This document shows positions 11,280-56,987 of a stretch of DNA of 64,000 nucleotides, piece after piece. Within the stretch, counting starts at the first letter, position 1; the number at the start of each line of letters is the position of its first letter. A model generated the notes under the pieces. That model was given only the letters and a program-made list of their open reading frames with translations, was not told the DNA's origin and searched no databases. The DNA comes from Octopus sinensis. Taxonomy: Eukaryota. Where the stretch lies: contig NC_043000.1 in the NCBI RefSeq assembly GCF_006345805.1, positions 164,362,001 through 164,426,000 of the forward strand. Direction: 5' to 3'. The position numbers and the translations under genes are program-made.

Positions 11280-13083
11280 AGTAAACAAGCACATATATAA
11301 AAAAAAATTAACATGAAATGGGATGGGGGAAGCAAATAAAAAAAAAAAAACGGCCACTAATACACTTGAATTTAGGATAAAATTACATTCTAGTATATAT
11401 AATTAGAGCACCAAGGGCCAATCATAAAAGGGTAAAAAAAATTTCAGTCATGGGTTTTTTAATTATTCTTTCAATACTTATTTTGATACAAAATAAAGAG
11501 TTGGGTTTATATTCAATTTATGCAAGTTGAAGCAGTTTGTGTTGGGGCCACCCCCACCTTTTTTTTTCTCTTAGCAACTTCAATAAAAAGTTAATTCTTT
11601 CCAAACCCATAGTTTCTATAGAGTTAAACATGAGAAATCCCTTCTTGGAGAGAATGTAGTCTAATCGTAGGTCACTTTCCCCAGACATGTAACTAATCTT
11701 CAGTGAAGTAAGACTGAGGTAAGAAATAGAAGCATTCTGCTTTAAGGGACATTATGAACTGACTGCAGTGAGTGGGATGTGAATTTTCACATCACAAGCC
11801 AACAATGATCGTTATTCTATTTGGTTAGCTTTTTTTTTCTGTAACTTTAATGAAACCTTTCTCTGAACAAAAGGTCCTATTTTGTGTAAGGATACCTTTA
11901 GATTTGTAGTACATATAGAGAGAGTTTCGTGATTTTGTTTTGAAGTAAATATTCATTTTAACAGGTAGTATTTACATATCTCAAAAGGTTGCAAATTATT
12001 TGTGAAATATTTTCCCTAGCTGGGGTACTTAAATAGCTTCTTTAAGTCTGTGTGTAGGATTATATTTTTTCTCATATTTAACTCAATTTTGCAATCACGA
12101 TTATGTGCCTCAAGGACAAAAGAGATGTTTGAAGTCAGAAAGAATGCTTTTCATAAATTCTACATAAATAGAAGTGTTTTGCTTAAAGAGTAAAATTTAG
12201 AATGTGTATGTCAACACAGACTTGTAAAAAATTGCTTTAAGTTAAAGCCAAATTTCCTCTGATGATCAACAACTTAATTATTGAAAATTTAAAACTCTAG
12301 ACTCCACAAATATAGTACAGCTGAGTCTCCAAACACTTACATTTTAACATAATCTTCACAGAAAGACTTAAGTTTATATAAATATTGAGATTGTCATGTA
12401 CTATCTATGAAGTTAGATATTTAGCTAGGCTCATACCAACCTGGAAGATATTTAATTCTATAAAGGATATGTTGTTAGGCATAATTTCAAAGTTAAGAAA
12501 AAATGTAGTGGTTTATTCAGAGTATATAAGTATATACACACCAAATAATTCTATTACATAAGACTAAGTTCTCAAATACTTTGCTTTGACTTGGAAGATA
12601 AATTTGATACTGAAGAAGTTTAAAACATTTGAAAGTTAGTTATAATGAACCAAAAAAAAGTTAAATAACCAAGAAACAATTTCAATAAAAAATAAAACCT
12701 AATAACTAATTTAAGCAGACACATACAGTTTTTAATATATATAAAAATAGATTGATCCATTCCCCATACATAAACATATAAAAGTTTTTCTTCCAATGAC
12801 AAAGACAAGATGCACATTTTCTCTTTGCATTTTAGAGTCCATTTACCTATAGATATATTACTTCAACATCCAAAAAAGAAAAAAAAAAAACAAGTTTTAT
12901 AACAGGATATGATGAGGTTTCATTAAAGGATAGGAAGGGGGAGAAAAAAAAAGATGAAAGGATCTGGGTAGGACAAGAGATGTGAGTGTTGCAACAACAG
13001 ATTTGAAACAAGACAAACGAAAACAACACAAAACAAGCAACACAAGATGATATGATGAACGGTCACAAAGTGAAGCAGATGTG

Positions 13084-46460
<33,377 letters not shown>

Positions 46461-47159
46461 GGAGTAATAGGGTGAGTGATTGAAAGCGAACAAAAGGAAT
46501 AGAGAGGGGGATGAGAAAACATTTATAAGCCGGTTGGAGTAGTAGTCAAAGGTAAAAGACAACACTGTCAGAGTGTATATAACGAAAGGAGAATTCACGA
46601 TACAAATCTATATAATAAATGTACGTATATAGTTAAAATAGGAGGGGTGACATGACAGAGTGAAAGTAAGAGATATGAATTATGACGAAGTAGCAGTAAG
46701 CGGTAGTTGAGTGAAAGAGATGACAAGTGGCGGTAAGAGTAGAAGTCAAGTGAACTGCAAGGGAGATAAATCGATGTCAAAGGGGAGGTAATAATGTCTG
46801 GCGGAAGGAATTAAGAGTTTTGAAACCTGGCGACAATAAGAGAATAAATATCAACTTTGGAGAAAAAATTCAAATAGAAGCAAATCATATCTAAACTAAA
46901 AAGAACCTTCGCAGCGCGGAAAAATCATTTATTGCATAACTTTATATTCTTACAAGTTTTGGCACAAGGCCAGTAGATTTTGAAGGGAGGGACTAGGTGA
47001 TTACATCGACCCCAGTCGTATTTATTTGATCAAACTCGACCGGATTTAAGGCGCAGCAGACTTCATTTGAAATCCGAACGCAAGAAATGCTCGTAAGAAC
47101 TTTGTCCGGCATACTTAGCGATTCTAGCGGCTGACCGCCTTCAATGAATTCATTTAAGG

Positions 47160-47383
47160 AGCAGTATCAAGAAAGCGAATGATTGACCGGAAGTCGAGGA
47201 AGTGTACATGCGCGAATTCCAGAAATCTAACGGAAATGTTGACGTTGCAATAAATCGAAATTTGATTGGTCAACCGTTTCGCATTTCCCGCGGGAGAAAT
47301 GAAAGTAGAAGTAAAGCGGAAGCATGTGTTGGTAGAAGTGTCCGTTGTGTCTTTTGGTATTCCATTCCAGTACGATAGATTTA
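47160..47383 (+). promoter_or_regulatory. Core promoter of a divergent plus-strand gene
   Basis: ETS motifs ACCGGAAGT (47186), AGGAAGT (47197), GCGGAAG (47316); reverse CCAAT (47265); E2F-type TTTCCCGC (47284); CpG-dense. Confidence 0.6.
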
Positions 47384-47451
47384 ATGGAACTGGAACAAAT
47401 AATTCTACCCTACTGCCATGACATTTACATTTGTCATGAATGTATTTCGAT
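47384..47451 (+). other. Candidate first exon (3' part) of an unidentified gene
   Basis: GTGAGT donor at 47452 directly downstream of the promoter; open frame MELEQIILPYCHDIYICHECIS from ATG 47384; no downstream exon confidently found. Confidence 0.4.
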
Positions 47452-47503
47452 GTGAGTTACTTCATAAACCCATTTATTATTTTTTTTTTACATGAAACCT
47501 TAA

Positions 47504-47710
47504 CCCTCTGGCATTTGAACCTGCCATATCCTGCCCGAATATTCCACCTGTTTGTGTTCAAACAGGCCAGATACTACTCCTTAAACCTATCCAACAACGT
47601 CATTCTATAAAGAAACAGTTGCCTCATCCATACTACAAGATAAGGCATCATTAATTCAAAGCAATGAATAAATAAACATTACATTTGACTGTAATCTGAA
47701 TGCTAAAGGG
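47504..47710 (-). mobile_element. piggyBac-type MITE
   Basis: TTAA-CCCTCTGGCATT ... AATGCTAAAGGG-TTAA. Confidence 0.8.
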
Positions 47711-47954
47711 TTAACTATCGCCAGAGAAAGAAGTACACGTGAATGAATGCTTTTATCAGAAAAGAAATTGCTGTTTTGTATCTTAATTATTCTCAGGTCT
47801 ACATAACTTCCCATATTTCTGTAATTGTGATGTTAAAAAAACCCCAAAAGTTTACTTTTTTTATTGTTTTGTTCATGTTACTAAAATTTTATTCATTATA
47901 TATTTTTGGTGTTTGTTTTGTTTTGGGGTGTATTTTCGTGTTAGTGAAATCTTT

Positions 47955-48232
47955 TGGCAATCTTTCGTTTTGACTCGAAAAAATGTAAACAATGAATTCG
48001 GTCATATCTAATGGGTTGTGCGTGCGTGTTTGTTCCTCTCTGTGTGTGTCTGTTATGTTTTTTTGTTTTTCTTTTGTATTTATATGTTGTGGAATGTAGA
48101 AATAACACAGAGGAACAAGCACGCACGCACAACCCATTAGCTTTCTCTTCCCAATTGACAAGACAACATGTGGTCACAGAAATCACCGAATTCATTGTTT
48201 ACGTTACTTCGAGTCAAAACGAAAGATCGCCA
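47955..48232. repeat. Fold-back (MITE-like) element with two nested inverted arm pairs
   Basis: 47955-48002 pairs with 48185-48232; 48008-48045 pairs with 48105-48140. Confidence 0.8.
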
Positions 48233-48739
48233 ATCTTTTTTATAATTTTTTTTACTACTGCACCTGTCTCACGAAACGTGGTCACATCTATAGTATTTTC
48301 GGAATAGCTGTCACTGCCTCATGAGGAAGGAAAGGGGTAAGAATTTGGAAGAGTTCCCTTTCGTGATAGAAATTTTGGCGATCATTCGGTACTAGTAACA
48401 TAACTGTCACTTATAAACCCATGTGGGTTTATTTACATTTCGGAAGAAAAAAAGATACCCTAACCCCACTTATATAAAAAAATAAAAATGTTACGGAATG
48501 TGATGATCTTCTTCAAATGTAAACAAATACACGTGAGGTAAACGGGACTCATATCGAAAGAATGCCGAAGTTTTTTTTAATTTTTGGTTTCCCATACTGT
48601 GGCCTTTTCCAGTATATTTGTTACCATTATACCTATCTCATAACGATTTTTGGTGTTTTTTGTTTTGAACATCAGAAATTTAGAATCTGTAAAAAGAAAA
48701 AAAGTGCGACCACGATCAAATGATTTTCAATACTTTTTA

Positions 48740-49880
48740 TAATAATAATATTAATGAAATTACTGTATACAGTGCTCAGGTGCACCACAACTTGTCAAAA
48801 GTGCGTATGAAGCATATGCAGTAATATACAAATGTCTGGGAAGTGAACAATGCATGAGTCAGATACATGCTTGCGTGTGTATGGAGGGGAGAAAATCAGG
48901 TGTAGTGTTGGCGAATCTCAGGAAGGATGCAGTGCTTCGACAAATAGCAACTGATGCCGGCAGTTTGTTCCATACTTCAGCAACTCTTAGCGCGAAAAAA
49001 TGTTTCCGAAAGTCATGGGAGCTGTGCTGTTTTCTTACTTTGTAAACATGTAGACAGGTGGAGTTTGAAAAGGTGCTCAGAGTTATTGTTAATAATTTTA
49101 TGGGTGTCTGCCCAGTCAGCTGCCAGACGTCGGAGTTTCAACGTGTCCATGCCCAGGGAAGTAAGGCGTTCAGAATATGGCAAATGCCTGGTGGAGGGTA
49201 TTCTCTTGGTTGCACGTCGCTGAACGGTTTCCAGACGATTAATATCCTGGGCAAGATAGGGGTTCCAGACCGGTGATGCAAATTCCAGGTGAGGCCGCAC
49301 CGTAGCTATAACTGTCTGATGAACGGCAACGAGAAACTCAGAGTAACAGATTTTGTTGAATTTTCTGCTGCTTAAAATAAAGTAAAGCCTCATATAGATA
49401 GCCGGAGAGCGGCTCACAAAGGACTTGGTAAGTGATGCGAAGACACCCTCAGCCTTCTTGGCAATTTTAGCAATGTGCTTTGTCCAATGCAAATTGCTGT
49501 CGATAATAATGCCCAGGTCACAAGAAGACTTTTTGAGATTAGTGTTGTGGAGGGAGTAAGTAGACGCTGGGTTTTTCCTCCCAAAATGCATGGTGGGACA
49601 TTTGTCCACAGCCAGCTTGAGTTGCCAGTCCATGATCCACTGCGGCATTGTGTCCAGGTCTGATTGCAATAAAGATCTATAGTGTACAGGATCCGACCTC
49701 TTTATTTCGAGGTACAGCTTGATGTCATCTGCATATTTCAGCACAGTGGCTTTCTTTAAGTTGGCATCTATGTCATTAACATATGCAACAAATAAAAGGG
49801 GGCCAAGAACAGATCCCTGTGGTACACCAGATGTCATCTCATAGGGTAAAGAGTGTTGTCCTAGAACTGTGACAACCTCT
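48740..49880 (-). mobile_element. 5'-truncated CR1/L2-group LINE (RT C-half; ORF 49013-49837)
   Basis: SGVPQGSVLGPLLFVAYVND, KYADDIKLY, DLGIIIDSNL, VRPHLEFASPVWNPY, ETVQRRATK; (ATT)n tail near 48740. Confidence 0.92.
49312..49349 (+). ncRNA. Minimal type I hammerhead ribozyme motif (Penelope-type)
   Basis: CTGT-CTGATGA-A-CG-GCAA-CG-A-GAAA-CTC-A-GAG-TA-ACAG: stem I CTGT/ACAG, core CUGAUGA and GAAA, GNRA-capped stem II, palindromic stem III, GUA cleavage triplet. Confidence 0.7.
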
Positions 49881-50289
49881 TTTGTATAAATGTTTCATCA
49901 GTTCTATTTTGTTAGCATTTGTAATTATATTGTCATCGTTAATAAATTGAAACTGAAGATTTTCAAAAAGTACTCCAAGTAATACTTTTGAAGTTGAAAG
50001 CACCATTTTTAGAATGTAAATAATGTCTTCATACCATCCAATACAAACGAAATATAATTTACATATGGAAAATTAAAATGCACTGTAGTAAATTCCTTAA
50101 ACATACTATTTTTGATTTATAAACAATTAACTTTTTTTTTTGATTCTTTGATAATCAAAACATAAAAAAGTGCCAACTACACATGTATGCTTGTACCTTG
50201 ACTCAGTTTTCTCATAACTAGGAAATTTACTACAAATATCTTTTAGACGGTGTAGATTAAGATAACATCGGAATTTAGTGTGGAAAAAA

Positions 50290-50625
50290 ACTGTGGGGGC
50301 GGATATTCCACGCACCATAACGTTGGGCGATCCAATGTTTGCCCTCCGTTGTCAACCAGGAGAATTCATCTATGAAGCAATTGCCCCAGCTCCCCTTCAG
50401 GGTTGGCGAAAGCGATGTGGTGGACAACGAAAAACCTGGCTGATGACGGTCAAGACTGATCTGGAACCCAACCTAGACCCCCATATCTACGGCGTTCGCC
50501 GCTAGAATAAGGAGTCGTTGGAGATCACGCGGTTGTTAGCCTCAAATCGGCATTTGTAAGAGATGCAGCATTGAGGCTGAATGAAGCCAGCTCAACCCAC
50601 CCCGGGTGGATGCTGTCTCAAAAGA
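50290..50625 (+). mobile_element. RTE-clade LINE extreme 3' fragment (another family)
   Basis: PAPLQGWRKRCGGQRKTWLMTVKTDL...LASNR is the typical RTE C-terminal GxRxxGxxxxTW motif. Confidence 0.65.
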
Positions 50626-51539
50626 AGACAACAGTGTTTCCCCAAACGTTTCATCATGTTGAACAAAATTACTTTTGAGGGCGATTCCATCCATTCCTTT
50701 CTGGAATTTGTTAAAGGAACATTTTTGAATAACATTAAATTTTTCAGAGGTACTGGCTTAATTTGAAAACAAGGAGTATCAGGGGTACATTTGTTGGCTT
50801 TGAAAAAACTCATCTTATTTAAAAGAATTCATTAAACAAATTCCAAAAAGGAAATGGTGAAATAGTCTTCAAAGTTTCTTTGTGTTTTTTTCGACAGATT
50901 TGTAATTTGCGTCATCAAAATGTTTGAGGAAATAAAGTCGGGCTGCATGAATTATCCGGAAATATTTGGGGAAAATTTTCATTAAAGAATATACAGTCTT
51001 CATAATGTTATGAGGAAACAAAATCGGAGGAGGGACACACTTCTGTATTTATGCCATAGAAGCGTCTCTCTCTTACTCGTACAAACATGCTTACCATAGG
51101 GGTATTTCACTCGCTTATATTCTACATTAAAAAAAAAAATCAACAAATCCTACCTAGTGATCTAAAATTTTAAATTGTTTATTAAATACATGTCACAGTT
51201 CACAAACTTTTTACGACATTTTTGCTGAAGCACTCCATCGGCAGTTTCCTCGGATTCCAGTTTACTCAGAGAAAACGGTTTTAAAAAGTATGAAGGCCAT
51301 AGATCACATTGTCTCACAACCTGATCTCTAAAGGCTCTTTATATATATTTGGTTATTGCACCATTGTATGTATTTTATTATCTATATATAAAGTGAACAG
51401 CTGCACCTACACTTCTACTTTTACTGGTATACGGAGATTACACAGAGCAACGCACCAACATGTTGAATATGCAACTTAGAGTTCATTATGTATTTAACAT
51501 CATACAAATGCTTTTAGCAGAGAAATATTAACAGACTTA

Positions 51540-51923
51540 GGCGTAGGAGTGGCTGTGTGGTAAGTAGCTTGCTTACCAACCACATGGTCCCGGGTTCAGT
51601 CCCACTGTGTGGCACCTTAGGCAAGTGTCTGCTACTATAGCCTTGTAAGTGGATTTGGTAGACGGAAACTGAAAGAAGCCCGTCGTATATATATATATAT
51701 ATGTGTGTGTATGTTTGTGTGTCTGTATTTGTCCCCCCAACATCGTTTGACAACCAATGCTGGTGTGTTTACGTCCCCGTAACTTAGCGGTTCAGCAAAA
51801 GAGACCGATAGAATAAGTACTAGGCTTACAAAGAATAAGTCCTGGGGTCGATTTGCTCGACTAAAGGCGGTGCTCCAGCATGGCCACAGTCAAATGACTG
51901 AAACAAGTAAAAGAGTAAAAGAG
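51540..51923 (+). mobile_element. Near full-length tRNA-derived SINE
   Basis: A box TGGCTGTGTGG, B box GGTTCAGTCCC, CORE-like GGCACCTTAGGCAAGT, internal (TA)n(TG)n, tail AGTAAAAGAGTAAAAGAG; possible TSD AGACTT. Confidence 0.85.
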
Positions 51924-52640
51924 ACTTGTGTAAGACAAAGTTACGTTAACCTATCGAGTATCACTGCAGACTGATTGAGCTCAGTGATTATTCTTTGCCG
52001 CTACGTGTCTCTTTTGGAACTAACAGTGATTCGCATTGACTATTACTTTGGTCTCGCCAACCTGAGGCTCCAAAGGTCTTATTAAAAAAGGAATCATATT
52101 TCTTAAACAAGGGAGGTCACTCACCTATGACGTGATATCAGTTGTTAAAATCATATATTTAGGGCATTCACCCTCTCGGAAGGGAGTGTAAAATTAGAAG
52201 TAACAATGTAACTCCTGTTTGGAATTGAATTTTTATGTTTATACAGTTTAACACAATAAAGTCGTAAATGAAGTTTTTTTGTAGGGGTGAGGGTGGGGTG
52301 CTAATGCAGATTCGCACCTCACTTTGTAAAATGGATTTTTCTGAAAAAGTTTATTCGGATTCCTTGGTTTTACATGTCGGGGATAACGAATAATGCAAAA
52401 AAAAACAAAAAGAAAAACTGGTGCGGAGAAGAGTTTCGGATCAGGAAGACCAATTAAGTTGGAAATTTTTTCCTTTTTTTTTTTTTACCTTTACCTCAGC
52501 CTTTGAAATGATGTGGGTGGTGAACATCTTTTTATGAAAAAGAAATTTTTAAACCCCCCCCCCCCCGCCCATCATCCCTCTCCGGACCAATTTTGGCCAA
52601 TTCTTTTGGCACTTCAAAACCATGGGAAGAGTGTTGATAA

Positions 52641-53022
52641 CTTTTGGTTATCTGATCCCTATTAAAAAATTGGGTTATCCAATTAAAAAAGACTGTTTAA
52701 CCCTCAATAAAACAACCAAAAAATGAAAAATTAATAAACATGAAAAGTAAACATTTTATTGAATCTGATATTTTTATAACCAATCATACAAAACTGAAAA
52801 GATTAATAAACATGGAAACTGGAAAAAATTAAGCATATTGTTGAATCTAATAACATTTTTATAACAAATCATACCATGCCTGTTGATTAGGCCAAAAGTC
52901 AACAATGTGTTGAAGTATTGGATCAAAAGGATCTTTTAATCCAATCTCTTGTTGCCACATAAACTCAGCTATTTAGTGGGGAGATAACCCAATTTTTTAA
53001 TGGGGGTGAGATAACCAAAAAG
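52641..53022. mobile_element. MITE with ~40-bp TIRs
   Basis: CTTTTGGTTATC..ATTAAAAAATTGGGTTATC / GATAACCCAATTTTTTAAT..GATAACCAAAAAG; second copy at 37117. Confidence 0.8.
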
Positions 53023-53141
53023 TACTGGAATGTGTTCGGTAAAAAATATATTTAAAAAATTATTTTGAGAGGGAAAAGTGTGATTTAAGGGAGATTTGTC
53101 AGTTGTTTCTAGCACATCCCAAGACAACCCTCCTCCTTTCT

Positions 53142-53908
53142 GGATCTTTTCCTTTTGAACAGCACTTTGTAACATAATTTCTAGGTAACTAAAAAGTTTT
53201 AAACTTCGTATACTGGTAGAATGTGTTTATAAAACATCATTTTCTCTTGGCTTTATTGAGAAAATTCTATAGTTTGTAAGATATTTCATCTGAAATTACT
53301 TGCATTTTGGCAATTTTAACCAATCACTGGAGTCCATTTAGGTAAATAACATTCTGTGCATAATGAATATGTCCCTCCTTTAAGAAACAGATTGGGATTA
53401 TTTACATTTGTGAAGAAAACAGATACCCTTCCCCCACCCCTAACCCTAAATCTAAAATAGCTTGAAATGCAATAAATCGATACTAGGGTTATAATTATGG
53501 GTGACAATTTCATACGACAACGCTACGGTAAATTGGATTTTTTTCTAGCGGTGTCAAATGAAAATGTCACCCATAATTATAGCCCTAGTATCGATCTATT
53601 GCATTTCAATCTATTTTAGAGTTAGGGTTGGGGAAGGGCATCTTTTTTTCTTCACAAATCTGTTTCTTAAAGGAGGGACATATTCATTATGCACAGAATG
53701 TTATTTACCTAAATGGACTCCAGTGATTGGTTAAAATTGCCAAAATGCAAGTAATTTCAGACGAAATATCTTACAAACTATAGAATTTTCTCAATAAAGC
53801 CAAGAGAAAATGATGTTTTATAAACACATTCTACCAGTATATGAAGTTTAAAACTTTTTAGTTACCTTGAAATTATGTTAAAAAGTGACGTTCAAAAGGA
53901 AAAGATCC
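53142..53908. mobile_element. 767-bp almost fully palindromic fold-back DNA transposon (non-autonomous)
   Basis: Termini GGATCTTTTCCTTTTGAAC / GTTCAAAAGGAAAAGATCC, arms ~365-385 bp, ~20-nt loop, 8-bp TSD TCCTTTCT / TCATTTCT. Confidence 0.92.
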
Positions 53909-54683
53909 TCATTTCTTTCTCATTCTCGAATGTATTAATGTTTTTCAATATTTTTCTCCCCATAAATATATTTATATCCTTTGACAAAAAATTTGAAAAA
54001 TTATTATTTTTTTTTAAACCAACTCCATACTCCCGATTGTTTCTATTTATAATTAAAATATTGGAGAGCCTGAAAAAGTCATTGCTGGCATTTATCCACA
54101 GTGGTATGTAAATGGTAATTCATTTTGATAACATACTTTTCTGTTAGAAAATGCTTTTTCTTACACACATATGGCTTTGCTTGATTGAGGTGGGGGTAAA
54201 AGTTTAAATTACATTTGTGTTTGTTATATTTCATCAATGGACCACGCTTATGTTACTTCAGCATCATCATTCCATAAAATGTGTTTAATGGGAGAAAAAT
54301 ATTGAGAAAACATCAGTACATGTGAGAGTGAAAAACGAAGGTGATTTGGGAGGTGCTAGAAACAACAGCCAAATCTCCCTTGAATCGTACACCTTTTCCT
54401 CTGAAAATATTTACTTTTTTTCTCTCTCCCCACCTCTTCAGAAAAATTTTCCCCACAAATTTCATTATAATCATAATTTCTGCTGATTGAAAGGTATTTG
54501 CATAAAATTTCATGAAAAGAAATCCATTTTCTTGAAGGTTATGAAGGTAAAATGTCAGATCATGTGAATTTTCTGAAACTCTTCTTCCCACCCTCCCGGA
54601 AATCCTCTTTCCCATAAATTCCTGTATACTCTCAACCCACAGCATCTGAGCAGTATTTGTTGAAAATTTTGTTAAAACATATA

Positions 54684-55013
54684 GGCGCAGGAGTGGCTGT
54701 GTGGTAAGTAGCTTGCTAACCAACCACATGGTTGCAGGTTCAGTCCCACTGCGTGGCATCTTGAGCAAGTGTCTTCTGCTATAGCCCCGGGCCGACCAAT
54801 GCCTTGTGAGTGGATTTGGTAGACAGAAACTGAAAGAAACCTGTCGTATATATGTATATATATATGTGTGTGTTTGTCCCCCTAGCATTGTGTTTACGTC
54901 CCCGTCACTTAGCGGTTCGGCAAAAGAGACCGATAGAATAAGTACTGGGCTTACAAAGAATAAGTCCAGCATGACCGCAGTCAAATGACTGAAACAAGTA
55001 AAAGAGTAAAGAG
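54684..55013 (+). mobile_element. tRNA-derived SINE (51540 family, internal deletions)
   Basis: GGCGCAGGAGTGGCTGTGTGG head, same tail. Confidence 0.85.
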
Positions 55014-55324
55014 AATATCCATTTTCCTGGAAGTTATGAGGCAACGAAGTCAGTGGGGTACATATTTGTAACTATATCAACAAAACTATCCAGGTATTCA
55101 CAGTAAAGGGCAATAACTCCAGGTCTCACTGCTTAAATTTGTGGAAACAAACCCAAAAAACCGCATGTTTCAGGAATCTGTGGTCCAATTTACTTGAAAC
55201 TTATTTTATTCTGTTTGTATTCACATTTCAGGGGTCCTTTACTTTCAGAATATTTTCCTATTATGCACCTCTCTCTCTCTTTCGGAGAGGCACAAGCACC
55301 TACACGCACATATACACACACGGC

Positions 55325-55476
55325 AGTAACTTCCGCCTGCCGAATTCAATCACAAAGCTTTGGTCGGCTCGGGGCTATAGCAGAAGACACCTACCCAAAG
55401 TGCCACGCAGTGGGTCTGAACCCAAAACCATATAGCTAAGAAGCAAGCTCCCTAACCACATGCCCATGCCCGCACC
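55325..55476 (-). mobile_element. tRNA-derived SINE 5' half, inverted relative to 54684
   Basis: Reverse complement of the SINE head. Confidence 0.7.
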
Positions 55477-55659
55477 TGTTTGTTTTAAATTACAGACAAG
55501 ATCGCAAGCAACCACAAAGTTTTAGTAGTATATATTATAAATAGATAATATACTAAACTGACTATATGAACTCTCTTTAGTCTTACCATTATGTTGAACC
55601 CTTGACTGAATAAAAATACATTCCACTCCCTTTGTGGTAGTTGCAAATGGTTAACTTAA

Positions 55660-55877
55660 CCCTTTAGTATTCAGATTATTGTCAAGTGTAATGCCTATTT
55701 ATTCATATTGTTTTGAGTTAATCATACATTGTCACATAGCTTCATGATTTCAAAGATGTGGTTCTTTATTATTAGAATAACATTGTAGGTTAGATGTGAG
55801 AGGTCAGACCTGACTGGTTTGAACATAAAACAGGTGGAATATTTAGGCCTGATGTGGCCAGTTTAAATGCTAGAGGG
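55660..55877 (+). mobile_element. piggyBac-type MITE (best-preserved copy)
   Basis: TTAA-CCCTTTAGTATT ... AATGCTAGAGGG-TTAA. Confidence 0.85.
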
Positions 55878-56987
55878 TTAATAGTTCCAAATAAAACTGC
55901 TGAAAAAAAAGTGGTAGAGAAGTATCATTGTAGAACTGATATCTCAGCCGTTATGATATGGATACTAGCTAGTGGACACAATTTTCTCATTCAGAGAAAG
56001 GTGCAAGCAAATTTAATGACTTCAGCTTTTAGTGACATGTTAATACTAACAGTAATAATGTTCTCTTACATTAGTATATGGCAAGAAATTTCCAAGTGAG
56101 GTGTTGTAGTTGGGAGAATGGCCCCCAGTATTTGATTTTTGTTTTCTTGATCAACAGAAAAAGCATCCAACCATTGTAAATCTACCTTGATAAAATTTCA
56201 TCTGACCCATACAAGCATGGGTAAGTGGATGTAAAAATTATGATGGTGATTACCTATGGGATTATTTGCGAAATAGACATACTTTATATACTATAAAGCA
56301 TTTTATTAAGTATTCAACTGTTTCTATCATTCTATCTCTCTGTGTAATTAATATTTATTAGACTTCAGTGTGAAGCCCAAGTATTGTCAACTGAATCTAG
56401 TAATCAACCAACTCTCGTTTTATGGGTCTCAGTGATTAAAAAAATAAAAATATACAACAAATTCCAAACGAGGTCTTAGATCATATTATCAAAACATTTG
56501 ATTGCCCTTCTCAGTTTTGATAATATTTATTTTATTTATTCTCATGAAAAACATTTCTAAGTTTCACAAAATTTATTGATGCAGATTTTCTACAGCTGGA
56601 TACCCTTTCTGTTGCCAAGCCTTATTTATTTTTCCCTAGTTCATGAATAGTACAATGATTGGACATTTCACGGCAGATTGCAAATGCACAACACTGCTTG
56701 TAAGGCTTTCATTTAAAGAGACAAGAACGCACACATATATTTTTTAATATTTCACTTAGGTTTAGTGATGCTAATAACCTGGGGCTCAAACTCACTATAC
56801 ATACACTTCGGAGAAAAGTGTCAACTGAGAGCATAATAAGAAATTAGATAAATGACGAGGGAACAAGAAATCATTTAGTAAACTTCATTAGCTTACATTG
56901 CAATGTGCTCATATTTGATTACCTTTTTAGCTTCATCAGTGCTTTAAAAATGAAATGCAATTTTATTTGAAAATGCATATATATATC

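Noticed and set aside
47436-47451. MNVFR as the N-terminus of a KDEL receptor
   Set aside because: Only five residues, and no matching downstream exon (GDLSH...) was found in the window
51540-51615. tRNA gene
   Set aside because: A and B boxes are present but continue into a SINE body and tail; no complete cloverleaf
54313-55044. 243-aa minus-strand ORF
   Set aside because: Mostly the antisense reading of a SINE plus AT-rich flank; the same peptide recurs at other SINE copies
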